Assembly (NCBI GenBank): GCA_977020255.1 | Contig: CDROCS010003914.1 | Span: 124,001-188,000, forward strand | Length of the DNA stretch: 64,000 nucleotides | DNA from: Obrimoposthia wandeli | Taxonomy: Eukaryota | Reading direction: 5' to 3' | Shown here: positions 1 through 8,855 of the stretch, piece by piece | How the letters are laid out: every line of letters begins with the position of its first letter | Numbering within the stretch: the first letter of the stretch is position 1 | Notes under the pieces: generated by a model | The model's input: the letters and a program-made list of their open reading frames with translations, nothing else | Databases searched by the model: none | What the model was told of the DNA's origin: nothing | Made by a program: the position numbers and the translations under genes

Positions 1-231
1 GCTGCTCCAGGCTTTACCAGATACTTTCTGTTGTAAAGAGCACTCTACATATCTATCAGCAAATATAACTCGTAGCTCGTTGGAGTGATCTGTGCTCGAT
101 ATCTCAGTCACTTCTCTGCATATTGTTTGCAGCCAATTGATTACATCATCGACACTTCGGCTTTTAATGTAAATTTCTAAATCGGGGTGGCGCGGCTGTG
201 AGCTTAAGAGATCTGACATTGAATTATCCAT
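1..231 (-). CDS. Conserved hypothetical protein, partial (runs off the window's left edge); not in ORF track
   Basis: Manual minus-strand translation from ATG at 231 is open to base 1: MDNSMSDLLSSQPRHPDLEIYIKSRSVDDVINWLQTIC...QKVSGKAWSS. The PDLEIYIK...WL pattern resembles a small uncharacterised gammaproteobacterial family I recall. Confidence 0.55.
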   Translation of the reverse strand, partial: MDNSMSDLLSSQPRHPDLEIYIKSRSVDDVINWLQTICREVTEISSTDHSNELRVIFADRYVECSLQQKVSGKAWSS

Positions 232-518
232 GATAATAGTTTGATGGTATCAAGAGTGGCCATCATACAGCCAAGTTAAGGCAAGTAACAGTTAAGACAT
301 TAAAGCTGTTTGAAGTGCTTCGATTGAAAGAGAAATAAATTGACGTTTGCTAAATGCGCTTTCGCTGTTTAACGATGCAGCGCTTGAATTTTTGTATTAA
401 TTTATTTACCAGAAAAATGCTTAAAATAATTAAAAACCAATAGTTTTGTGTGTCTAGCTAGATCATTTCTATAGGCTAGCTGTTAAAATTCCCGTTTTTT
501 ATTTTAAAGGATTAAGCA

Positions 519-1823
519 ATGAATAAAGCTTGGTGGTTTGGTGGTTTGGTAGTTACTGTTGGTATCGGCTTTGGGGCTGGAGTTGTTTTTACGGGCAAGC
601 AGGTAAACTTAGAGTATCAGCGCTATGTGGCTGCCATTACGAAAAGCTACGTAGGTGTCGCTAAGGTTTCTTCTAGTATCGATGAATCGTTATTTTCCTC
701 TGCTAATACGCTCACGTTAGACTTTTTAGACTTGTCTAAGCCTATCGCTGATTGGGCGGGCACTAATTCAGTTAGTTTTGATATTAATTACTCTCATCGC
801 TTTTTAGCTAGTCGCAGTGTCGCAACAATTACTGCAGGGGATTTGTTAGATAAAGTTAAAAGTTATCAAGTAAATAAAGTGCAGTCGCCTTTAATTATAA
901 ATAGCGATTACAGCTATAACATGCTGGAAAATACCGTAGAGATAGACAGCGTTCTTGTTTCGGATACTTTTTTAGCTACACAAAACGACGATAAATTGTC
1001 AATTGGAAGTTCTAAAGCTCAACTAAACTTAACAAAAGCGGCGCTTGAGTTAGATTGGGCTGTGACGCCAAGCTTTATTAAAGTAGGCGATGTTCGTACA
1101 GATATAGGTGAAATACGCTTAAAGGATCAAAGGAGTGTGCTTGAAGGAGATATTCTTGCAGCGAACTTTGCTGAGCAGTCTTCAGGTCAGTTTCTTATAG
1201 AAAGCATCAAGGTCAGTGATGTTGATACGCAACTGGAAATCGAGAAGTTCTTGGTCAAAGTAGGGCATCATATTAAAGAGCAGCGTGTATTAATTGATCT
1301 TGAGTATCAATCAGATTCCGTACAAGTGAAAGCGGGTCCTAAAAACTACCGTTTTGATAAGCCTGAATTACAGCTTGTTGTTGATTTAGATTATAATGCA
1401 ATGAAGGGATTTGTTGAAAAAATCCAAGAAATGCAGCAAGCAACAGGACCTATCAGTGATCCAGCCCAGTTATTGCCGTTGGTTAGCAGTATCACCGAGG
1501 AAAGTGTGAATTTTGATATTGAGCGTGTTTCTGTAACGGTTGATGGTGCAACGTTAGAGGGACAAGCGGGTTTGAAAATGGCACCTTTTTCTATTCAAGA
1601 AGCAATGCTAGATCGTCAAGGTTTGATGAAAAAAATGGATTTGCAAGCTGAATTATTAGCCCCTAAAAAGTTTGTGCAAGCGTTGCCAGGTTATGACCCT
1701 AAGCAATTACAGTTCATTGTAGGAATGGGGTTTCTTCGTGATGAAGGTGAGAGTTATAGCTTTGATCTAGACGTAACAAAAGGTGTGGTTAAAGTTAATG
1801 GAAATCAAATTCCTGGTTTATAG
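519..1823 (+). CDS. YdgA/DUF945-like membrane-anchored protein
   Basis: 434 aa; AGGA RBS before the ATG; N-terminal hydrophobic anchor (WWFGGLVVTVGIGFGAGVVF); C-terminal KGVVKVNGNQIP typical of DUF945 proteins. Confidence 0.6.
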   Translation: MNKAWWFGGLVVTVGIGFGAGVVFTGKQVNLEYQRYVAAITKSYVGVAKVSSSIDESLFSSANTLTLDFLDLSKPIADWAGTNSVSFDINYSHRFLASRSVATITAGDLLDKVKSYQVNKVQSPLIINSDYSYNMLENTVEIDSVLVSDTFLATQNDDKLSIGSSKAQLNLTKAALELDWAVTPSFIKVGDVRTDIGEIRLKDQRSVLEGDILAANFAEQSSGQFLIESIKVSDVDTQLEIEKFLVKVGHHIKEQRVLIDLEYQSDSVQVKAGPKNYRFDKPELQLVVDLDYNAMKGFVEKIQEMQQATGPISDPAQLLPLVSSITEESVNFDIERVSVTVDGATLEGQAGLKMAPFSIQEAMLDRQGLMKKMDLQAELLAPKKFVQALPGYDPKQLQFIVGMGFLRDEGESYSFDLDVTKGVVKVNGNQIPGL

Positions 1824-1844
1824 GTTTATAGGTTTATAGGTTTA
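1815..1844 (+). repeat. Tandem 8-bp repeat (GGTTTATA) x3.75 spanning the stop codon of the DUF945-like gene
   Basis: GGTTTATA at 1815, 1823 and 1831, then GGTTTA at 1839. Confidence 0.9.
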
Positions 1845-1848
1845 ATAT

Positions 1849-1886
1849 CAAAAATGCTCGAGCAATTAATCGCTCGAGCATTTTTG
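1849..1886. terminator. Bidirectional intrinsic terminator
   Basis: Perfect 15-bp inverted repeat CAAAAATGCTCGAGC / GCTCGAGCATTTTTG with an 8-nt loop and A/T tracts on both sides, between convergent genes. Confidence 0.85.
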
Positions 1887-1916
1887 AGAAAATAGAGGTA
1901 CCACTGAAGCATTTTA

Positions 1917-2255
1917 TTAGCTGGCCTTTTCTATAATAGCTGCTTTTTTGATTGTTTTAAGCGGTTTCTCTATTGTCTCGTTTACCTTCTTCTTTATCTT
2001 ATCGTCAGGTTTTTTAGTGCTTAATGCGCTTTTTCTTTTAGGTTTTGAGCGACAATAAGCTTTGACTTTTTTCCCGTCTTTGCGCAGGTGCGCATTAATC
2101 CAACTGCAGCTACCATTTTCTAAACAAATTGTTTGGCTATGGCCTTTGCAGCTGGAAGCTGCATAAGTTGTAGCGCTAAATGCCAAAAAAATGACAAGTG
2201 TCATTAGGATTTTACTGATGATTTTGTTGTATGTGTTCATGAGTTTTTCCTGCAC
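1917..2255 (-). CDS. Small secreted 4-Cys protein with Lys-rich tail (probable start 2240)
   Basis: Signal peptide ending ATTYA-A; mature part CKGHSQTIC...CSW...RKDGKKVKAYCRSKPK, then a basic tail; AGGA RBS upstream of ATG 2240. Confidence 0.7.
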   Translation of the reverse strand: MQEKLMNTYNKIISKILMTLVIFLAFSATTYAASSCKGHSQTICLENGSCSWINAHLRKDGKKVKAYCRSKPKRKSALSTKKPDDKIKKKVNETIEKPLKTIKKAAIIEKAS

Positions 2256-2728
2256 TTATAGTTTATTCAGTATACTGCTCGAGGTTTATAACTCTGTGAG
2301 TTATGCATAAAGTGTAGTAAAGGTAGTGAATTATGAATATGGGAATTAAGAGTATATAAAGAAAAATAGGTCTTAATCTTATAATGTATAGTAATAAATT
2401 TTAAGAGCATAAATGGGGGGTAGTGTTTTTTATTTAATTGCAAAGGGTTAGCTTAGTCCTTTTTATAATAAAGTTTATCAGTGTGTATTATATAGGCGAG
2501 ATCAATACAGTATAAAAGACAAAAGCATCCAATATGACCACGATTTAAGGTAAGCTGCCGGCTCTTTTCTAGTATAGGCCGTTGGGTTTCATCGGTCATC
2601 GAAAACCGACTGTCGTGCTACTAGTTTATATTAGTGTCAATGTTGGCAGGATCTTGAAACTGACAAACACGCCGTTTGCCAGTTAAGGGTTATAATCTTT
2701 ACCTTATTCATGCAAAGCAAAAGTTAAT

Positions 2729-3742
2729 TTGATATTTGGAGATAGTTTTATTTTAGTTTTTAAGTGCCACAGTCAGTTATTATTACAGGCCATAGTGATG
2801 AGTATCATTGGGTTGTTTGCTCTTCCATCTATGGCGCTAGACTGGAAAATGCCGGTGGCTCATGATAATCAGAACTTTCAAGCACAATTAGCTGTCGGCT
2901 TTGCTAAGCAAGTAAAAAAATTGACGAAAAGTCGTGTTGTGATCAAACCCTACTTGGGTGGCTCGTTATTTAAAGACGAGCAAATATTTGGTGCTGTGAG
3001 TAATGATTTAGTACCAGTAGGGTCAAGATTGATCTCTGCGCTGGGGCATGTTGATATAGTGTTGCAATTAGATGCTTTACCTTTTTTAGCTAAAAACTAT
3101 CGAGAGGCGTTTAAATTATATAAATCCTCTAAAAAAGCCGTTGAAAAAGTTTTGGAAAATAAAGGGGTTAAATTACTATATGCGGTGCCTTGGCCAGCTC
3201 AAGGACTGTATAGTAACAGGGGTATTTCACAGCTTTCCGATTTTAAAAATTTACGCTTTCGCCCCTATAGTAAAGTGACCGCCAATTTAGGTGAAAAACT
3301 GGGTCTAAAACCGGTGATTGTGCCGGTATCCAAATTACCTAAAGCCTTACAAAAGAAACAGCTAGATCTATTGTTTGGTTCAGCATTAGCGGCTGAAAAG
3401 CTGAAGTTGTCGAAATACTTCCCCTTCTGGTATGACTTACAAGCTTGGTTGCCTAAAACCATGATGGTTATAAACTTGCAACAGTGGAATGCGCTACCTA
3501 AAGGGGATAAGACGGCTATTTTAAGAGCTGCTAATGCAATTGAGGCTCAGGGATGGGCTAGATCTAAAAGTGTCTCAGAAGATGCTAAGCGAAGGCTGGT
3601 AGAGTCTGGAATAAGTATCGTGAGTTTTGATGCCAAATTGCAACGAGAGTTTGAAGTGATTGGTTTATCCATAGTGCAGCAATGGCTGGCACAAATTGGC
3701 GATAGAGGGCGTTACCTGCTTGAGCAATATATAAAATTATAA
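2729..3742 (+). CDS. TRAP transporter substrate-binding protein (DctP family), orphan; start codon uncertain
   Basis: GGSLFKD, DALPFL, AVPWPAQGLYS, LRFRPY and AWLPKTMMVIN motifs of DctP proteins; signal-peptide-like segment ending PSMA. Confidence 0.85.
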   Translation: MIFGDSFILVFKCHSQLLLQAIVMSIIGLFALPSMALDWKMPVAHDNQNFQAQLAVGFAKQVKKLTKSRVVIKPYLGGSLFKDEQIFGAVSNDLVPVGSRLISALGHVDIVLQLDALPFLAKNYREAFKLYKSSKKAVEKVLENKGVKLLYAVPWPAQGLYSNRGISQLSDFKNLRFRPYSKVTANLGEKLGLKPVIVPVSKLPKALQKKQLDLLFGSALAAEKLKLSKYFPFWYDLQAWLPKTMMVINLQQWNALPKGDKTAILRAANAIEAQGWARSKSVSEDAKRRLVESGISIVSFDAKLQREFEVIGLSIVQQWLAQIGDRGRYLLEQYIKL

Positions 3743-3782
3743 CGACTGTCAGTGCCTGTAAACTTAATTGCCTGTGTTGTCT

Positions 3783-4490
3783 TTAAATAGGCAGCAAAGT
3801 GGTGGAAGCAAATCCGTGCAGTACCTTATTAATAGTGCGATTGTTTCTGTTTGCTATGATATCGGCTAGTATATCTTGGCTGGCAATGATTTTACCAAAC
3901 AGGCGCTCGTAACTGAGGTTCGCTGTGTTTTGGGAAGTATAGCTATTGCTGAGTAAGTACAATGCGTTTTGTGTATCTTTTCTGTTATTGAGTAGCCAGC
4001 TAGCTGTTTCTAAATTTCGTGCTGAGTTATAAATTTTTTGCTCGTTTATGGCATCCAACATGAAAAATTCATCCTGAAAATTATAGGAGCTATGCAGGAT
4101 TCCTGCGACACCCGCCATAAATGAAAATACTCTATCTCCTTTGAAGTCGTGGTTAAATGCGTTGATTAATGCGCTGTTAGCGTAAGCGGTGCCTAGTTCG
4201 TTGAATTGAACTTGTCTGGGGAAATTGAATAGTTGTTTTATGCGGGTATTTACACTTGTGCCAGTAGGCGCTTTCTTGAGCTCTTTTGGATTGCGTTTGT
4301 AAAGTTTTTTCATTAACTCAATGGCTTGAGAGTTAGTTTGAGCAAGATGGGCGTCAATCACCATATCTAGTTCAGACTTGGCCAGCGACTCTATTCTAAA
4401 GCGCTGATTGGGGTTGTTAGAGCAGCCGCTTAAATAAGCTAATAACATGCAGCAGCAGATGAGTTTAAATATGACTAACTTTTTTGACAC
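3783..4490 (-). CDS. Uncharacterised lipoprotein
   Basis: Lipobox LSG-C after a hydrophobic segment; 235 aa; KLYKRNPKELKK and GDRV...G motifs; GAGAG RBS-like element upstream. Confidence 0.75.
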   Translation of the reverse strand: MSKKLVIFKLICCCMLLAYLSGCSNNPNQRFRIESLAKSELDMVIDAHLAQTNSQAIELMKKLYKRNPKELKKAPTGTSVNTRIKQLFNFPRQVQFNELGTAYANSALINAFNHDFKGDRVFSFMAGVAGILHSSYNFQDEFFMLDAINEQKIYNSARNLETASWLLNNRKDTQNALYLLSNSYTSQNTANLSYERLFGKIIASQDILADIIANRNNRTINKVLHGFASTTLLPI

Positions 4491-4778
4491 AATGAGAGCT
4501 CTCAGTAATTAAAACGTTTGGTGCAGTTTTTTTTAGTGCTGCTATCTATAGCTTTTAATGGTCGTTTTAGCAATTTATATATCACCTGAAGTCAAGTATT
4601 GAAGGAAGCCATGGTAGGTGTTTGTAAATAATAAATATAAAGCAAATTTATAGCGTGTGTTCAGTGTTTTAAATAATCGGTACTTAACAGTATATTGTCT
4701 GAAATCAAGTACTACTATTAATTTAAAAATTATGATGCACGGCACGAAACCTATAAAGTAAATTTTGGAAGGTGTTAG

Positions 4779-5429
4779 ATGGAAAAAAAAGCTATAGATT
4801 TAACCGCGATTAGACGTGAATACAGTACCATTGATTTTTCACGCAAAGATCTATCAGATAACCCTGTAGAGCAATTTACCAAGTGGTTCGAGCAAGCTCA
4901 GGGCGTTCGGGCTGATGATGTGTCTTCGATGACTCTTGCCACTGCTGATGCGAAAGGTATGCCCTCTGCAAGAATTGTATTATTAAAGCATTACGACGAT
5001 ACAGGTTTTTGTTGGTATACCGATTATGAAAGTCAAAAAGGTATTGATTTAGCACACAACCCACAAGCTGAATTAATGTTTTATTGGTACGGTTTAGAGC
5101 GCCAAGTGCGTATTCAAGGTACTGTGCATAAGTTAGACTCTCAGCATGCCAAGCAGTATTTCTCACAGCGCCCTAGGGGAAGCCAAATAAGCGCCGCAGC
5201 TAGCCATCAAAGTAAGCCAGTGGCTACTCGTGCGCAGCTACAAAGCTTGGTTAATGAGCTTGAGACACAGCTTCAAGGCGAAAGTGTTACTAGGCCTGAT
5301 CGCTGGGGAGGTTATTGTTTAATTCCAAGTAAATTCGAGTTCTGGCAAGGCCGAGCAGGGCGCTTGCATGATCGTTTCGTATATAGTTTGCAAGAAAATC
5401 AGTGGTCAATTGAAAGGCTTCAGCCATAG
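4779..5429 (+). CDS. pdxH: Pyridoxamine 5'-phosphate oxidase
   Basis: RREY, PSARIVLLKHYD, YTDYESQKG, RQVRIQG, YFSQRPRGSQ and FEFWQGRAGRLHDR motifs. Confidence 0.97.
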   Translation: MEKKAIDLTAIRREYSTIDFSRKDLSDNPVEQFTKWFEQAQGVRADDVSSMTLATADAKGMPSARIVLLKHYDDTGFCWYTDYESQKGIDLAHNPQAELMFYWYGLERQVRIQGTVHKLDSQHAKQYFSQRPRGSQISAAASHQSKPVATRAQLQSLVNELETQLQGESVTRPDRWGGYCLIPSKFEFWQGRAGRLHDRFVYSLQENQWSIERLQP

Positions 5430-5867
5430 CAGCGGCTCAATAATTAATGAATAACACAACTGATAAGCAACGGTGCAAAGGTTGTGTTCTACGTTTTTCT
5501 TAGGCTATTTATCTAACCTTTAGCTCTTCTCTTCCTATCTACTGTATTGCAACCTCGGCTATTTTTTGAAGTTTTTTTAAGATAATAAAATCTATATTTC
5601 TAGTCAAATTCACACCATGTTTTCAGATTATGTTCATTTTGTTTGTATTCCGTTATCGCCATAAAGTATTTGTTGAGCCATTTTGGTATAGAAATTATAG
5701 AGCAGTAGAGGTCTAGAGTTGCTATATTTTTTTGTGAAACAATTGGAAATGCTAAATCAACAAATGAATTAAAAGGATAATCAGAGCAGAGTGCAATTTT
5801 TTTTTGCACTAAGTACTGGAATTTAGGATAATCGGCAGCATTAACTTTTATTCTTTAGGAGCAAACA

Positions 5868-6521
5868 TTGCAATCAATAATTAAAGATACTCATGCATCT
5901 CCCGATGCCGCTGTTATATGGTTACACGGGTTAGGTGCGGATGGAAACGATTTTGTTCCAGCTATACCTCATTTGCAGTTAGCACAGAATATTAAAGTGC
6001 GATTTGTATTTCCTAGTGCGCCTGAGCGAGCAGTGACTATAAATAATGGCATGCAGATGCGTTCTTGGTATGACATTAAGGCAATGTTGCCGCAAAGGGT
6101 TACTGATGAGCAGCAGCTGCAAGAATCAGTAGACCGGATAGCACAGATAGTCACGGATTTGGTTGATCAGGGAATTGCGGCAAAAAGGATCATTGTGGTC
6201 GGTTTTTCTCAAGGCGGAGCGGTTGCTTACGAACTGGCATTGACCACAAATTCAAATGTTGCAGGTGTTGCAGCTATGTCAACTTACCTTCCGAGATCTT
6301 TATCTGTTGAGCAATGTATAGCGGATAAGTCTTTAGCTATATTATCTATTCATGGAGATCACGATAATGTAGTGCCTTGTGCATTAGGAGAAAGTGGCGT
6401 TGCTCAATTAAAAGTATTAGGTTTTAATCCTCAGTGGCACACTTTTACTATGGACCATGAAGTGTCAGCCGCTTCATTAATGTTATTAGGTGAGTGGATC
6501 ACTGATCAATTGGCGAATTAA
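5868..6521 (+). CDS. Phospholipase/carboxylesterase (alpha/beta hydrolase)
   Basis: IWLHGLGADG, GFSQGG nucleophile motif, HGDHD and MDHEV catalytic Asp/His; TTG start with AGGAG RBS. Confidence 0.93.
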   Translation: MQSIIKDTHASPDAAVIWLHGLGADGNDFVPAIPHLQLAQNIKVRFVFPSAPERAVTINNGMQMRSWYDIKAMLPQRVTDEQQLQESVDRIAQIVTDLVDQGIAAKRIIVVGFSQGGAVAYELALTTNSNVAGVAAMSTYLPRSLSVEQCIADKSLAILSIHGDHDNVVPCALGESGVAQLKVLGFNPQWHTFTMDHEVSAASLMLLGEWITDQLAN

Positions 6522-6524
6522 ATT

Positions 6525-6959
6525 ATGCAAATAAATCAAGACTGTACAGTATTATTCCACTATTCTTTGTTAAATGAAAAAGGTGAAGTAGTGGATACAT
6601 CTAAAGAGCAAGAGCCGGTGTCATTCGAAACAGGCAAAGGGAAAATAATACCTGGTTTAGAAAAAGGCATGCAAGGGAAATCAATTGGCGATAAATTTCA
6701 ATTGAAGATCAAAGCAGATGATGGTTATGGGCAGTGGGATGAAGAAAAAGTCTATGATATTGATGCGCAGATGTTTTCTGGCCTGGATGATCTAGAAGTT
6801 GGTTTGATGTGTGAAGTAACTAACCCTCAAGGAGAGAAGGAGTTAGTGACTGTTGTTGAGATATCTGACGAGCTTATTACTGTTGATGCTAATCACCCGT
6901 ATGTGGGAAATGACTTGAAATTTTCAATTGAAATAGTCAATGTAACAAAAAATAGCTAA
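6525..6959 (+). CDS. slyD: FKBP-type peptidyl-prolyl isomerase, SlyD-like, without the His/Cys-rich tail
   Basis: IIPGLEKGM, DGYG and ITVDANHPYVGNDLKFSIEIV motifs; 144 aa. Confidence 0.85.
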   Translation: MQINQDCTVLFHYSLLNEKGEVVDTSKEQEPVSFETGKGKIIPGLEKGMQGKSIGDKFQLKIKADDGYGQWDEEKVYDIDAQMFSGLDDLEVGLMCEVTNPQGEKELVTVVEISDELITVDANHPYVGNDLKFSIEIVNVTKNS

Positions 6960-7040
6960 CGCAAGGAGTTCATTGAGATCAATAATTCATGAGCGCTAAC
7001 ATGTATTAGGCTATTTCAAAAACAATTTATAATTATTATC

Positions 7041-7068
7041 AGGCGGCCAATTTGGCTGCCTTTTTTTT
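7041..7068 (+). terminator. Intrinsic terminator after the esterase-slyD operon
   Basis: AGGCGGCCA-att-TGGCTGCCT stem followed by a T8 tract. Confidence 0.8.
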
Positions 7069-7112
7069 GCCTATTAAAAAGTTCTTAGTTACGTTGCAGT
7101 GCTGAGTAATCC

Positions 7113-7370
7113 TTATACTTTCTCTTTCCATTCTAAATCCCCTATATGCACGTTTAACCACTCAAAGCCAATGCGTTTAGCAACAGCTGAAGCGCCATCC
7201 AAGCTTCTGAATTCTCTCTCTTGATTGCCGCGTTGCAAATCCAAGGTCATTACATTGTCATCTTTAGTGACAAATTTCAGCGTCCAGCCGCGTGACATAG
7301 AAATAGGGATGGCCTGGCATGAATCGAAAACACTGGCATTAAAAAGTAACTTTATTTCTTTTTCTTGCAT
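7113..7370 (-). CDS. Small hypothetical protein (85 aa, MQEKEIK...); the ORF track start at 7448 is probably too long
   Basis: GGAG RBS 8 nt before ATG 7370; contains GWTLKF...QRGNQEREFRSLDGASAVAKRIGF. Confidence 0.65.
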   Translation of the reverse strand: MQEKEIKLLFNASVFDSCQAIPISMSRGWTLKFVTKDDNVMTLDLQRGNQEREFRSLDGASAVAKRIGFEWLNVHIGDLEWKEKV

Positions 7371-7387
7371 AATCTTTACTCCATTTA

Positions 7388-7595
7388 GATATATCAAAAC
7401 ATTAAAACAATTATAGCAATAAACGATCAAAATGACAAATAAATGCAAGAGTATTTATTAAGTTAAATCTTTGTTTTCAAAGAGATAAATAATATTTTAA
7501 AAATAAAAAGTATATTGCAATATTAATATAATTATTAATATTTAGATTAATCAAATTATGTTTTGTGATATATCAAAAAGTTATAACAAATTATA
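7388..7595. repeat. Two imperfect ~28-bp direct repeats with palindromic core GATATATC (7388-7415 and 7567-7595)
   Basis: GATATATCAAAACATTAAAACAATTATA versus GATATATCAAAAAGTTATAACAAATTATA, 179 bp apart, in an AT-rich intergenic tract. Confidence 0.6.
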
Positions 7596-8065
7596 AAAAT
7601 AATTAGTTGAAAACACCGAGTTTTTAAAATAAGTGCATGAGAAGAGCTGAATGGGCTAAAACTTCAGTTGGGCTTACCTAGAAAGGAAATATTTTGAGAT
7701 ATCTATCTTGAGTGGGATAAAGCAGTCGCATATTTCTTAAGAAAGTCTAAAATGCGCCAAGACAATTTTATTGACTGAAATAGATAGAATGCACAGGTTT
7801 ATGCCCAAAAAGTTAACAGCAGGAAAAGATCAATTACTTGCGTCACAAGGTTATTAAGCAAACTATTTCATTAGTTTTATAGAATCTTGAATAAAAATGT
7901 CGCTGTTATTGCGCTCTTAGAATAAGTTGCGTGAAAACCTCAAACTATTACTTCGAATAGCTAAACAGATTAAATCTTGTAATAGAGACATGTATTTAGC
8001 TGGTTTTGTGTCTCATTTTTATTTATACATCAACTAGTTCATCGAACATTCTTTGAATATCAATT

Positions 8066-8701
8066 TTGGAGTTAAAGAAAATTTATATATTATGGCTATC
8101 AGTGTTGCCACCTGTTGTTTTGCTTAGTGCTTTTTATTATTTAAATTGCGTCAAGCGCATAGCAGTAACTCGCAAGCGAACTATAGAGACAGCTTTGACC
8201 TCTGGGTATCAATTTAATAATGCAGAACGGGCTTTTTTAACGGTATTAGAAAAAGGAGTAGGTTCGAATTACTATGTAATAGGAAAGGTGAAAGCTTTTG
8301 ATTTATTACAGGCCGAGAGCCGTGTTAAGGTCATCAGCGAAGGTGTGGATAAGCTATTTGCTAACTATTTATTTGACTATGTAGTTTGCGAGAAAAATAC
8401 TAATCAAATTGTTTGCGTTGTTGAGCTCGAGAAAGTGACAAATGTGAAGCGAAGCTGGCTATTGCAGCGTAAAAAGAATTTGATAAATACACTAATGCAA
8501 GATTATTGCCTGCGCTGTGATTTATCACGTCTGCAAGTAGCAGAGCAAAGAGGCTATATGCTCAATGAGTTGATAGAAAGGTTTGAAGCCGTTATCGATC
8601 ACAATACTACTAATGACATGCCTCAGGGTACGCTTAGTGATGGTGAGCAAGCTAATGGTGAGAATGAGAAAGTAGCATCGCCGGATGGTTATGTGCTTTA
8701 A
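8066..8701 (+). CDS. DUF2726 domain protein with N-terminal TM helix
   Basis: AERAFLTVLE, IGKVKAFDLL, FDYVVCEK, VCVVELE and LMQDYC motifs typical of DUF2726. Confidence 0.8.
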   Translation: MELKKIYILWLSVLPPVVLLSAFYYLNCVKRIAVTRKRTIETALTSGYQFNNAERAFLTVLEKGVGSNYYVIGKVKAFDLLQAESRVKVISEGVDKLFANYLFDYVVCEKNTNQIVCVVELEKVTNVKRSWLLQRKKNLINTLMQDYCLRCDLSRLQVAEQRGYMLNELIERFEAVIDHNTTNDMPQGTLSDGEQANGENEKVASPDGYVL

Positions 8702-8855
8702 ACGAGATGATTCTCTAGTTTAAGAGCAGCGACTAGCAATAAATAGTTGGGTTTTTTAAGAGGATGTCGTAAAGAAAGCGCATATATAATTATATATGCG
8801 CTTACTTGAATGATTTTTAAATCAACGGTAGATTGATAAAGAAGGGTGTATAGCC

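Noticed and set aside
2660-2682. Hairpin containing GGCAAAC (minus strand), considered as a c-di-GMP-I riboswitch
   Set aside because: No GAAA tetraloop, GACGCAAAG junction or P2 receptor elements; only an isolated 9-bp stem.
5600-5809. 69-aa minus-strand ORF in the pdxH-esterase spacer
   Set aside because: No motif and no clear RBS; may be real, but the sequence alone does not support it.
7641-7857. Protein-like frameshifted reading (LGLPRKEIF*DIYLEWDK.../LTEIDRMHRF...)
   Set aside because: No family recognised; needs a frameshift-aware search before calling it a pseudogene.
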